The notes beneath the pieces are model-generated. The model saw only the letters and a program-made list of their open reading frames with translations. It had not been told where the DNA came from and did no database searches. Shown in pieces: positions 16,843-30,720 of a DNA stretch of 64,000 nucleotides. The translations under genes were made by a program, and so were the position numbers. Each line of letters opens with the position of its first letter. Position 1 is the stretch's first letter. Source of the stretch: the human T2T-CHM13v2.0 reference genome, Homo sapiens; assembly GCF_009914755.1 (NCBI RefSeq), contig NC_060934.1; one strand, 5' to 3'.

Positions 16843-17859
16843 TTACAATTTGGCATGTTTTTGCAGTGGCTGGTACCGGTCGTTCCTTTCCATGTTTAGT
16901 GCTTCCTTCAGGAGCTCTTTTAGGGCAGGCCTGCTGGTGACAAAATCTCTCAGCATTTGCTTGTCTGTAAAGTATTTTATTTCTCCTTCACTTATGAAGC
17001 TTAGTTTGGCAGGATATGAAATTCTGGGTTGAAAATTCTTTTCTTAAGAATGTTGAATATTGGTCCCCACTCTCTTCTGGCTTGCAGAGTTTCTGCTGAG
17101 AGATCAGCTGTTAGTCTGATGGGCTTCCCTTTGTGGGTAACCCGACCTTTCTCTCTGGCTGCCCTTAACGTTTTTTCCTTCATTTCAACTTTGGTGAATC
17201 TGACAATTATGTGTCTTGGAGTTGCTCCTCTTGAGGAGTATCTTTGTGGCGTTCTCTGTATTTCCTGAATCTGAATGTTGGCCTGCCTTGCTAGATTGGG
17301 GAAGTTCTCCTGGATAATATCCTGCAGAGTGTTTTCCAAGTTGGTTCCATTCTCCCCGTCACTTTCAGGTACACCAATCAGACGTAGATTTGGTCTTTTC
17401 ACATAGTCCCATATTTCTTGGAGGCTTTGTTCATTTCTTTTTATTCTTTTTTCTCTAAACTTCTCTTCTCGCTTCATTTCATTCATTTCATCTTCCATCA
17501 CTGATACCCTTTCTTGCAGTTGATCGCATCGGCTACTGAGGCTTCTGCATTCGTCACGTAGCTCTCGTGCCTTGGTTTTCAGCTCCATCAGGTCCTTTAA
17601 GGACTTCTCTGCATTGGTTATTCTAGTTATCCATTCGTCTAATTTTTTTTCAAAACTTTTAACTTCTTTGCCATTGGTTCGAATTTCCTCCTGTAGCTCG
17701 GAGTAGTTTGATCGTCTGAAGCCTTCTTCTCTCAACCCCTTCAAAGTCATTCTCCGTCCAGCTTTGTTCCATTGCTGGTGAGGAGCTGCGTTCCTTCGGA
17801 GGAGGAGAGGCACTCTGCTTTTTAGAGTTTCCAGTTTTTCTGGTCTGTTTTTTTCCCAT
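16843..17859 (-). pseudogene. L1 ORF1 (RNA-binding chaperone), disrupted
   Basis: MGKKQTRK start at 17859; canonical stop at 16843-16845; frameshifts near 17738 and 17040. Confidence 0.95.
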
Positions 17860-18891
17860 CTTTGTGGTTTTATCTACCTTTGGTCTTTGATGATGGTGAC
17901 GTACAGATGCACTTTTTGTGTGGATGTCCTTTCTGTTTGTTAGTTTTCCTTCTAACAGACTGGACCCTCAGCTGCAGGTCTGTTGGAGTTTGCTAGAGGT
18001 CCACTCTAGACCCTGTTTGCCTGGGTATCACCAGTGGTGGCTGCAGAACAGCGGATATTGGTGAACTGCAAATGCTGCTGCCTGGTTGTTCCTCTGGAAG
18101 TTTTGTCTCAGAGGAGTACCCGGCCGTGTGAGGTGTCAGTCTGCCCCTACTGGGGGGTGCCTCCCCGTTAGGCTACTCGGAAGTCAGGGACCCACTTGAG
18201 GAGGCAGTCTGTCTGTTCTCAGATCTCAAGCTGCATGCTGGGAGAACCACTACTCTCTTCAAAGCTGTCAGAGAGGGACATTTAAGTCTGCAGAGGTTAC
18301 TGCTATCTTTTTGTTTGTCTGTGCCCTGCCCCCAGAGGTGGAGCCTACAGAGGCAGGCAGGCCTCCTTGAGCTGTGGTGAGCTCCACCCAGTTCTAGCTT
18401 CCCGGCTGCTTTGTTTACCTAATCAAACAACTAACTGGGCAATGGCGGGCACCCCTCCCCCAACCTTGCTGCCGCCTTGCAGTTTGATCTCAGACTGCTG
18501 TGCTAGCAATGAGCGACACACGGTGGGCATAGGACCCTCCGAGCCATGTGTGGGATATAATCTCCTGGTGTGCCATTTTTTAAGCCCATTGGAAAAGCAC
18601 AGTATTAGGGTGGGAGTGACCCGATTTTCTAGGTGCCATCTGTCACCCCTTTCTTTGACTAGGAAAGGGAATTCCCTGACCCCTTGCACTTCCTGGGTGA
18701 GGCGATGCCTTCCCCTGCTTCTGCTCGTGCACAGTGCGCTGCACCCACTGTCCTGCACCTACTCTCTGGCACTCCCCAGTGAGATGAACCCGGTACCTCA
18801 GTTGGAAATGCAGAAATCACCCATCTTCTGTGTTGCTCACGCTCGGAGCTGTAGATCGGAGGTGTTCCTTTTCGGCCATCTTGGCTCCTCC
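17860..18891 (-). promoter_or_regulatory. L1 5'UTR: internal sense promoter and antisense promoter
   Basis: YY1 motif CAAGATGGCC retained (ggccatcttg at 18874-18883); ~129-bp ZNF93-bound segment at ~17985-18113. Confidence 0.85.
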
Positions 18892-18957
18892 GTTATTATC
18901 TTTACTGTTGCTTATTTTGAACAGGCCTACAAGCATCTCCTGGTGCACATGACCTAG
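18442..18957 (+). CDS. L1 antisense ORF0 homologue, C-terminally extended (171 aa); expression unknown
   Basis: MAGTPPPTLLPPCSLISDCCASNERHTVGIGPSEP...RVGVTRFSRC matches ORF0; strong Kozak GCAATGG; frame open through the L1 5' end into flanking DNA. Confidence 0.55.
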   Translation: MAGTPPPTLLPPCSLISDCCASNERHTVGIGPSEPCVGYNLLVCHFLSPLEKHSIRVGVTRFSRCHLSPLSLTRKGNSLTPCTSWVRRCLPLLLLVHSALHPLSCTYSLALPSEMNPVPQLEMQKSPIFCVAHARSCRSEVFLFGHLGSSVIIFTVAYFEQAYKHLLVHMT

Positions 18958-19190
18958 AGTTTCTCTTGGAATAGAGTCGCTGAGTCTTTAGTTATGCATA
19001 CTTTTAACTTTACTAGAAAATACCAATCTGTTTTCCAAACAGTTGTTCTAGTTTAACATTCCCACCAGCAAAATAGTAGAGTTTCTGTGTATATACATTT
19101 TCTCCAGCACTTCTTATTGTCCAATTTATTATTTTTGAGGACAATTAAGTGGGTGTAAAGTGGTATCCCCTAGAATTTTGGTTTGAATGT
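18905..19190 (-). mobile_element. Ancient L1ME-like fragment (right part of the interrupted host)
   Basis: ccaatctgttttccaaacagttg...ttcccaccagca...tctccagcact...gggtgtaaagtggtatc. Confidence 0.65.
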
Positions 19191-19364
19191 TCATCTTTCC
19201 TTAGGTGATTTTTCCAGAACTGGAATTCTGTATCTCCTTTGCACTAACAAAGCAGTAGATTACTGTAAAGCTATAAAACACAAATTAAATAATATGATCA
19301 TCTGTAATGCAGCAGTCAAGGAGTGATTAGGATGTGCTGTGAGGACGGAAGAGAAGTCATTCTT

Positions 19365-19520
19365 ACAGTGCAGTAGAAAAAGCCTTGGTCTTGAATCAGG
19401 AGAGTCAGTGCCTGGTCCTAGCTCTGTAAGTGATTGGCTGAGTGACTCACATGAAAACCTCATTTTTCAGTGTTTCCATTTCCTCATCTGTTATTTAAGG
19501 GTGTTGATCACAGAGAGTAT
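19365..19520 (+). mobile_element. MIR
   Basis: gaatcaggagag...gtcctagctctg...tttcctcatctgt core. Confidence 0.6.
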
Positions 19521-20499
19521 GCTCTGGTCTACATTTTTTTCATTTAGTAAATCATAATCATCACATTCTTTTGGGTGTTTCTTTAAAGCATTTGGCCTCC
19601 ATTTTCTCAGGTGATATTTCCAATACCTAAGTAATGTAGGCAGAGAAAAGATGAAATAAAAGCCTACAAATTTTGGCAGGGGTCTCCGTAGTGTGACTGT
19701 GGGGAGACCAGGAAGCTCCTCAAGCCCATAAATATCTCTGTTCTGGCCTCCCTTAGAGCCTAAAACTCCACAATTACTGTTTCACTGCTATAGTTCTTGA
19801 ATGCCTTTGGGTCTGTTGGAGTCTTCCATTAAAATGCAAATGTCCCTGGAGGGGGTGGGGAGAGCCTTTAAGCTCATTATCACCTAAATCTTCCACAGGG
19901 ATTAATTGATCAGATCCTTCCCCATCAGACACCTGGTTGGAAACAGAGCCTGTGGGAATGGGCACCTGGTTGATGAGGGGAAGCCCTGGGAGGGAGAAGA
20001 AAGGTTATAAAGAGAGAGGTGGACCAACCAGGGCTCCCTAGGGTTTGGCCATTTGCTGCTTCCCACAGGCTCATCTCTAGCCAGAAGCTCAAAATCCAGC
20101 TGGTCAAACACACTGGGCTACTGCTGTCTCCTTGGGGGGAAGTTTCCTCTTAGAACTAACTAAAGGCTGCCAACCAGCGGCAAACCCTCCTGTGTCTGCA
20201 AATGGCTGCCAAAAGCCCCTCCGCGCTACACACTTCTGTGGCAGATGCCTCTGAGCAGCCTTCTTTATGAGTCAGTGCTAAAGCCTAGCCCAGGTTCTAA
20301 TGTGGCCACTCTGAGGCGTGGACAGGCCTTGTCAAAGGCTGGGCATGCGTGTGGGTGCCTCATCTGCTTTGTTTGACATCCAAACAACTCTTTTAAAATG
20401 TGGCTCTAGCCCCACCTCACAAAGGGGGCCTGAAGGGTGTTGTGGAATGTGCTTGGACCTGCTCTGTTTTCTTTCGGTCACCCACACAAAAATGTGCCT

Positions 20500-21100
20500 T
20501 CCCCTCCCCTGACAGGAAACTCCCTCAGCAATGCATGGTTTTGCCTCCGCTGACCCTGGCCCCTTAACATGTCAGAATGTTAATAAAACACTACGGCTGT
20601 CATAACGCAAGGTTAAATGAAGTCTTCACAACCTGTCCATTAAGCGGATGTTTGTGTGTGTGGCTTTCTGCAGCTTCTCTCTGGATACAGCCTGTCTCAG
20701 TTTGTGGGCAGTCGATCGAGCCTTGGGCCTTTGTCTTTGTTCACTGTTGTGTTTAAATCCCCCCCATTCATTAATCATCCCTTTGCCTATTTATACCGGT
20801 GGCAAGGATAGCGAACACACTTAACGTCTGCTTTTGTTTTGGTGGCACCCTTTGTGAGGACCAAGGCAGAGCTAATTATTAACTGCGAAAAGACGTTAAA
20901 ACTTTTAGATAAGCGCCAAATGCTGCATCCACTGAGACGCAGTTTTGTTTAAACCTTCGAGAGCTTGCGGCCAAGCAACTGGGGTGGCTTTATTTAGCTT
21001 TGAGTCCAGGGGAGTGATGCCAGTGCTCAGATAATTAATAGAGGCTCTCCATTAAGACCCAGCCGGGCAGCAGAATCCAAGCGCCCTGTATGCACCTCTG
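20500..21100. promoter_or_regulatory. Candidate CpG-retaining enhancer / conserved element
   Basis: About 17 CpGs in ~550 bp by hand count; many TAAT/ATTA cores; AP-1 TGAGTCA nearby at 20268. Confidence 0.45.
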
Positions 21101-21359
21101 AACACCCAGCTGGGTCATCCAGACCTGAGCAGGCACAGGCAGGGGTGGCAGCTTCAGACGTAGGGCTCAAGGGGGCTCCTCCAACCTATATGTTTACATT
21201 TCCTGTGTACATTTCCTGTGAAGATCTTTGTTGTCAGCTTTTGGTGACTTTTACACCCTCCAGTAGGATCCTGATTTTCCTTTGCTGTTGGACATTTTGT
21301 GGAGCCAACTATTTTAGGTACAGCTATTTCAGCTTATTAAACAGTTATGCGGCTTGCTA

Positions 21360-21610
21360 CTGTTCTTCTGAAAGAGGTCTCCCCGACCACGTTTTCTAAA
21401 GCAGTTGCCTAAGCCCACAGCCATCCCTCAGTTACCTCTATTCCATTACCCAGTTTTTTTTTCCCCTCCAAGGCATCTGTCACTATTTGAAATAATCGTA
21501 TTTGTTTGTATTTCTTGTCTGTTTGATACTAGAATGTAAACCTCTTGTATCCTTTGCACTTAGCTCTTGATCGTCGCCTGGCACATATCAGGGGCCAAAC
21601 AGATATTTAT
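21360..21610 (+). mobile_element. L2 3' end
   Basis: ccccgaccac...actagaatgtaaacctc...gcctggcacata...atatttatt. Confidence 0.6.
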
Positions 21611-21612
21611 TT

Positions 21613-21717
21613 TATGTGTGGGGGAGGAAAAAAATATATTTCCCTCTACCCATTCTAGGCTCATTGGCCAGGGCCCTGTAAATTAGATTGCCAAAAGATA
21701 GGTTAACAAGAGAAAAG
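21613..21717 (-). mobile_element. ERV1 LTR 3' fragment (MER31/MER34-group-like)
   Basis: Reverse complement cttttctcttgttaacctatcttttg...gggtagagggaaa...ttcctccccc resembles the LTR end at 11280-11365. Confidence 0.55.
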
Positions 21718-21719
21718 TA

Positions 21720-23740
<2,021 letters not shown>

Positions 23741-24759
23741 GAGTTTAAATCACATACTAGCCTCTTCACTGGAATGTGAGAACCAATGTCATTCCCTTCA
23801 TTAGGGGTGCAGTCCTGGGATATAACCTTGGCAATAGAAATTTAGTGCTTCCTGTACCTAGAACAGTCACAAAACAAGATAAAGAGAAGGTACCTATTGC
23901 TAGTCCTGTTCAGCAGAGTGATTATTCCTGAGACTTGGCTAGCTCATAGATCTTAACTTTTGTGCCTGCTTCAAATGTTGGCAGTGGCCATATGGACTGT
24001 TGTGTTTAGAAGTCTTAGGTTGCTCTGATATCACAGCGATTGATTAATGATATCTGAAACCTGCATGAAAAGAGATAGGCAATATAGATATGACACATTT
24101 GCCATTCTTGTATTGGTCCCTCTTTCTCTGTCAGATCTGTCGTACTTGACCCTTTTTACATTAAATTGCTCTGTGGATAGAACCCCTTTTCCTTCTTGAT
24201 CATTGGATTTGGCCATTTTTCTCTTGTTCAGCTTAATGCTTAGTTCTGACTCCTTCTGATGGATACATCCTGTTTAATACTTATGTATCAGAGAACAAAG
24301 TCACAAGCTTTGCTAAGGTAGACACATGTGTTTGACAGTCCTGGCCCCAGGTATTCTGTTTTGTTGTCAGATTACGTGTCAGAAGAATATATCCCCATAA
24401 GGAGTGAGAAAATGAGATAAAAAATACAATATTCAGAATGACAATTAGAGCATCTAGACCAAACAATATCATAGGCAACCTCTATGTCTTTTTGAAAAAT
24501 ACAATATAAAAGATGACTTGCAGTGAAGGAGGTAGTCCTCTTTCATGAGACATGTAGGGAATAAGGTTGAATGATCAACTAATGTCCCAAAGTCTCACAT
24601 GCCATATGGAATCAGTATCATGTTGATGGTTTGGAGAATTTCCTAGGAATGCAGTCTGTGGTACCAATATTGCCCTTTCCGAAGGCTTAGGGGTCTGCCT
24701 TTATGATCAAGGCTTTTATCTGCATTACAGTTCCTGGCACTTGAAAGCTTCTGATATAT

Positions 24760-25178
24760 TGGATTATTTGGGATTAACATTCAGCATCAAATAGTATAGA
24801 ACTTCATACCTCTCTCATGGCATGGTCCGGACATTAGCAAGGCGGGACTTGTGCAGTGGCTCCATTGTGGCAGGGAGTCAGCTCATTCTAGCTCATTCAT
24901 GTACCATGTTTATAGTCCCTGTGGCAAAGAAGACTCATCTCCCCATTGTTGTATCACATTAAGCAAAAATGCAAAAAGAAGGAGAAAGCATGCTCATTCT
25001 TCTTAAGGACATTGCCTGGATGTTGTATAAGTCATTTCGGCTCTCATTCCCTTTTGCCAGAACTTAAGTTACATGACCACACCTCTTTGCATGTTCCCAT
25101 CAAAAAAAACCTAGCAGTGTATTTCCTAGAGAAGAATGAGACAATAGATTTTGGAGAACAACCAGCAGTCTCTGCTGA
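24760..25178 (-). mobile_element. Degenerate old MaLR LTR (MLT1J/K-like)
   Basis: tgccagaacttaagttacatgaccacacct...gaacaaccagcagtctctgc. Confidence 0.45.
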
Positions 25179-25559
25179 ATAACAATATTTTGTTAAATAA
25201 ATGAGAAAAGCTAAATCAAAATAAAACAGTATAGAAATATATTACCCTTAAGATCACCAGATCCAAGCCTTTAATGATCTTAATGGAAAAGAACACAGAT
25301 CTAGTATTCCAGACATCCATGAACTTTTATTTCAAGGATGTGTTGCTATGGGGCACCCTTCATTTGCTGGCAGTAACCTGAAACCTGGGATGAAATGAAC
25401 ATACCTGAAATCTCTGACACCTCTTGTCCCTAAAGGTAATCAGAGGAGTTGCTTCTACAACCTAAGAGGAAGGATCATTAATTTCTTAATCTGTCTAAGG
25501 GTAGATCGTCACTTACCTGGAAGCTGTTTTATAAAGGGAATATGTTAGAATGGTAGACA

Positions 25560-25859
25560 ATATTAGCATTTTTCAATATATGATTTTCATTTCCTTTCTG
25601 AGCTGAGGTATGAAATGCCCCTGTGCAACTTCCTATTTAACTTACATCCCAGCTGAGGTCATCTTAGAGGGTACCTTGTATTTTGGGATGGTGGAATCAC
25701 AACATCCATCTAGTAACTAGCTTACTAGACAGCTGCCCTAGAGAGTCATTCACATCCACGTTGATATTGTTTAAGCGCCTAAACTTTTGCTGTATTAGGG
25801 TGATAAGATTTAGGGATTTCTGGTTCCTGCATATGACGCAGTCTATCCTGACTATCACA
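25560..25859 (+). mobile_element. Degenerate old MaLR LTR (MLT1K/L-like)
   Basis: 3' end taaacttttgctgtatta...gatttaggg...ctatcctgactatcaca. Confidence 0.5.
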
Positions 25860-27385
25860 TTTTGCAAGTACTTATCAGCTTCCAGGTGTAAACAGAGTCA
25901 TTGATTATGGAGTCCTGGAATTGACTAGAAATAGGAAAAATATTTACTCTCAAATATCTTAAAATGTGGCTAACTCATCCAATTATAGCAACTCAAGGTC
26001 TAATTGTAAGCCAAGTCTTACAGAATTGTGTTCTTAAAACAAAAGAGTGATTAGTGTTGGATATGGTTCATCTGGGAAGACTTCCTTTAACAGGAAAAAA
26101 AAATCACTTTCTCCATCTGTGCTGGAAGAAAGTAACTCAAACACAGTCAGGAACAGAGAATGTATGCAATGTAAATGGCTAAACCTGACAGCCTCTGGCT
26201 AATTGGAAGTGTCGGTGTTATTGTGCTTAGGTTAATGGGGCTCTTTAGTTTACCATCTGAGCTGCTTCTCCCAAGGAATCACAGCAACCAGCAGTCTCCA
26301 AGGGCTCAAAAACCCTGGAGGCCTTCTCTTTGGTCCCTGGGAGCTGCACCCTGGGCACTTACAGCAAGCTCACAGGTGATGAGAACTCATAGTTCAGCAT
26401 TTTGCTTCTCTTCTATGAAAAAAACCGACTGTTTTCTTCATAAATTAGACCCAGCCAAAGATCTTGATTCTTCCATTATTCTTTCCAAACAGTGTCATAA
26501 AAGAGAAGAACAAGAGGGTGGACTAGGGACCTCTGACTTCTGACCCTTCCTCCTTAAGCAGCCTGATATACTCTGCAGGCTGCCCTTCTGATGGCCACAG
26601 ATGACAGGAAGAGTTGCTGAAAAAAAAAATATGGGCTTAACCAACATTCACAGACCAACTCCATGCCTGGCAGTCCCTGAGCCACATCTTTGACTTATGA
26701 TATTAGAGGAGTATTATGGGCCATTGGTTTAGATTCTTTATGATAGCATTGACATGTCATAGAATGTCAGCTGGGGACTTAAGGCTCATGATAGCTCAAG
26801 ATGACATACCATTAGGCTTAGACTAGGCAACAAGTGGCTATTGGAATGATGGGACATTTATAGGAGAGCAGGTAAGATCAGATTTCTTCCAAGATACATT
26901 CTTTCCCCTGTAGAGGCTTTTGTCATTTCACTTATCCCACTGAATTACTTTCCCTGTTGTGTTAGGTATGCCTCAGGGGCAGAGAACGTAATACATTTCA
27001 CTTTTAGGTTCTTGGTGCCTGGAGGAGTGTGTAATGCATAGTTGCTGCTCAGTTAATAATGTTTGTATTGAATGGAAATAACCAAGAGTCTTTGGTCTAG
27101 AGAGGAGGAGAATGAAGTGTCATGATCAAGATCTGTTAAATCCTACATGGGGAAGACTAGGTTGAAAGGGGAGTTAGTTGCTAAGTCCTAAATACAGAGT
27201 TGGGAGACTCCCTTTTGAAAATGGATCAAGGTAAATTTAGGACCAATACAAAGATGATCCAGTTTCCACGTCAGGAAATAAGCTTCTAGATCTCATTTTC
27301 CAAAAGATGATAGTGGAAAGAAGCAAATGAATTTTTGCCATAGTGTATTTCAAATTGAAGAATGGCACAGCTTTTAATAGCTTAG

Positions 27386-27686
27386 AACTGGGTGCAGTGG
27401 CTCACACCTGCAATCTGAGCTACTTGGGAGTCTGAGTCAGGAAGATCACTTGAGGCTAGGAGTTTGAGACCAGCTGAGCAACATAGCCAGACCCTGTTGC
27501 CAAAAAAGTTTTTTAAAAAATTAGCCAGGTGTGATAGCATGCACCTATAGTCTCAGCTACTCAGAGGGCTGAGGCAGGAAGATTGCTTGAGCCCAGGAGT
27601 TCAAGGCTGCAATGAGCTATGAGTGTGCCACTGCACTGCAGCCTGGGTGACAGAGTGAAATACTGTCTCTTAAAAACAAAAAAAAA
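27386..27686 (+). mobile_element. AluJ
   Basis: gcttgagcccaggagttcaaggctgcaatgagctatga (J-type right arm); A-rich tail. Confidence 0.92.
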
Positions 27687-27794
27687 GACCCTAAATGAAG
27701 GCTTAATGTAGACCTCCGAGATGGACAGCCTGAGCCTCCAATGACTCATTTTTTAGCATTAGTGACAATAAAAAAAATTATGTGTATGTGTGTA

Positions 27795-28137
27795 TAGGCA
27801 TGTGTCACTTAGCAATGGGGATACATTCTGAGAAATGATAGATGAAATTAGGTGATTTTGTCATTGTGTGAACATCATAGTATATGCTTAATACAAACCT
27901 AGATGGTATAGCATGCAATACACCTAGGCCATATGGTATAGCCTATTGCTCCTGAGCTGCAAACCTGTACGGCATGTTCCTGTACAGAATACTGTAGGCA
28001 ATTGTAACACAATGGTAAGTATTTGTGTATCTAAACAAAAAAAAGTTACAGTAAAATACGATATTATAATCCTATGGGACCACCATCTTATATGTGGTCC
28101 ATTGTTGACTGAAATATCATTATGTGATATTTGACTG
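27795..28137 (-). mobile_element. Tigger3a (MER7A/GOLEM_A) MITE
   Basis: aaacctagatggtatagc, gcaattgtaacacaatggtaagtatttgtgtatctaaac, tatgggaccacc; degenerate inverted ends flanked by TA at both sides. Confidence 0.85.
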
Positions 28138-28829
28138 TATATGGGACTGGTCAAATATGTTTTCCTTTTCTATGATGGCCTCAGAGCCATCATAGACTAT
28201 CTATAACTTCATCTCTAACCATTCTTTCATGTGAATCTTATGTCCTAGGGACTTTGATCTACACATTGTACTTTAGACAGACCATTTAACCTGCATTTAT
28301 TCTCTTTTCCTTTTCCTACCCCCTTTGCCTCCTTCTTCCTGGTAACCTTCATTTTTGCTTTCCTATATAAAACCTTCTAAACCAGGCCCCTTTGACCTCT
28401 CTCTTCTTACGTACTAATGGCAGGTGTAGACTTTACTGATGGTTTGCTGATAGCTGCCTTTAATTATTATTTATGTTTTTAGGCACTTATTCTACTTCTC
28501 CAAACTTAAGACTAGTGAATACATGGTCCTTTGTGATTTAGCTTGAGTAGAAAGCTCAGTCTTATGAAATGAAAACTGATATATTTTTTAAAGAGAACGT
28601 ACTACGAAGAAACAACAAAGAATTAATAAAAATGTTAAAATCAGTAACATATCACTAACAATATTACTAAAGATGCAACCATTAGATTTTAAAAATCTAA
28701 TTTAATGGATTGACTTGTTGAATATCAGAACTGCAAGAAACCTTAAAGATCATCATGCTGAATTCTTATCTCATACTGGTAGATGTACAACTCCAGGACA
28801 ATTAATTTAGTGGTAGAGTTAAAAATGTT

Positions 28830-30720
28830 ATTCCTTCTAATAACCTAGAAATTCTCATACATATGTATATGTCCTAAAGAAGCTTGGATATATTCATAAA
28901 GTAACATTACAGAGATATCTACTAATAGCATTGTTTTGTGATAATGAAAAATTTGAAGCAAAATAAATGTTCATTAATAGGAAATTAGATAGATAAAATG
29001 CATTCTATTCATGAGATAGAATTCTAGACAGAGGTTAAATGGATCAAAAGGAATAAAACTTAAAGAAAATCATATGGTAAGTAGAATATGTACAAGCTCA
29101 TATCCATTATTATCAAAACAATGTTATTTCTGGATGCACATAGATGTTGAACTTTAAAAACTGATTCGTGTTCTTTATTTTTTAATTTGGAAAAATATAC
29201 CTTAAAGTGATTATGCTGAATAAAACAACCATCTAACATTCTTATTTTCAAATAAGGAAATGCACATCAAGAGTTGTGCTTGGTGTATGGACCATGTTTG
29301 GACCCTATTTTGAACCAAATGAATATTAAAAACTTTATGAGTGCCACATCTTCTGTCATCAGGGAAATGCAAATTAAAATAATGAGATACCACTGTGCAC
29401 CTATTAGAATAGCCAAAATCTAGAACACTGACAACACCAAATGCGGATGAGGATGTAGAGCCTTAGGGACTCTCATTCATCTCTGGAGGGGAAACAAAAT
29501 GAGACAGCCACTTTGGAAGATAGTTTGGTGGTTTCTTAGAAAACTGAACATAACTTAGCTTATGATCCAGCCATCACACTCCTTGGTATTTACTCAAATG
29601 AGTTGAAGACTTATGTCCACATAGAAACTTGCGTTCAGGTGCTTATGGCAACTTTATTCATAACTGCCAAAACTTGGAGGCAACCAAGAGGTCCTTCAGT
29701 AGGTGGATGGGAAATAAACTGGGGTACATGCAGACAATGGAATGCTATTCAACACTAAAAAGACATGAGCTATCAAACCATGCAAAGACATGGAAGAAAC
29801 TTAAATGCATATTCATAAGTGAAAGAAGCCAACCTGAGTTATATGCTGTATGATTCTAGCTATATGTCATTCTAGAAAAGGCAAAACTATAGAGAGAGCA
29901 CAAAGAGCAGTGGTTGTCAGGTGTTATGGGGGAGGAAAGGATGAATAGGCAGAGAACAGAGGATTTGGGGGGCAGTAAAAATACTCTGTATGATAGTGTG
30001 ATGACTGATACATGTCATGTATCTGTCTAAACCCATGGAATGTACAACACCAAGCGAACTCTAATGTAAACTATGAGCTTTGAGTAATAACGATGGGTTG
30101 ATGTAGGTTCATCAGTGTAACAATTGTGCCACTCTGGTGGGGGATGTTGATAAGGGGGGAGGCTATGTATGTATCCCCCCATTTCCCAGGGGTATATGGG
30201 AAATCTCTGTACCTTCTTCTCAATTTTGCTTTCGAATTTAAAACTGCTCTAAGAGAAGTCTTTTTTTTTTTTTTTAAAGGGAAATCTGAAGCAAATATTA
30301 GAAACATATTAGGGTGGTAGATTCACATGTGTCATTTTATCTTGTCTCTGGACCTTAAATATTTTATAATTGAAAGTAAAAAGTTCTTAATGTAAAAAAA
30401 AAGACTGAAATGATCAGGGAAATCTGACACTGACTGGATATTTGATAACAGTAATTATAAGCTTTTTTAGGTATGACAATTGTGGTTATATTTAAAATTT
30501 TTTTTCTTAGAGGTACCTAAGAGTATGTATGGAAGAAATTATTTGATGTCTGGGATTCATTCAAAAAAAATTTGCTTGGGAGAAGAGGGAATAGATGTGA
30601 GTAGATATAGTTGAAACTAGATTAGCTGTGTGTTGATTTATAGATACAAGAGGGCTCATTATACTGTAGTCTCTATACTTACAATTTTTTTGAAATACTC
30701 CCGCCAAATTTAAAAAATTG
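28830..30720 (+). mobile_element. Old L1M cluster; L1MC-like 3' end at ~29340-30260
   Basis: cagggaaatgcaaattaaaataatgagataccac..., tatatgggaaatctctgtacctt...aaaactgctct. Confidence 0.8.

Noticed and set aside
18367-18441. N-terminal 25 codons of the 196-aa ORF-track call
   Set aside because: It begins at a TTG codon; the established ORF0 start is the ATG at 18442.
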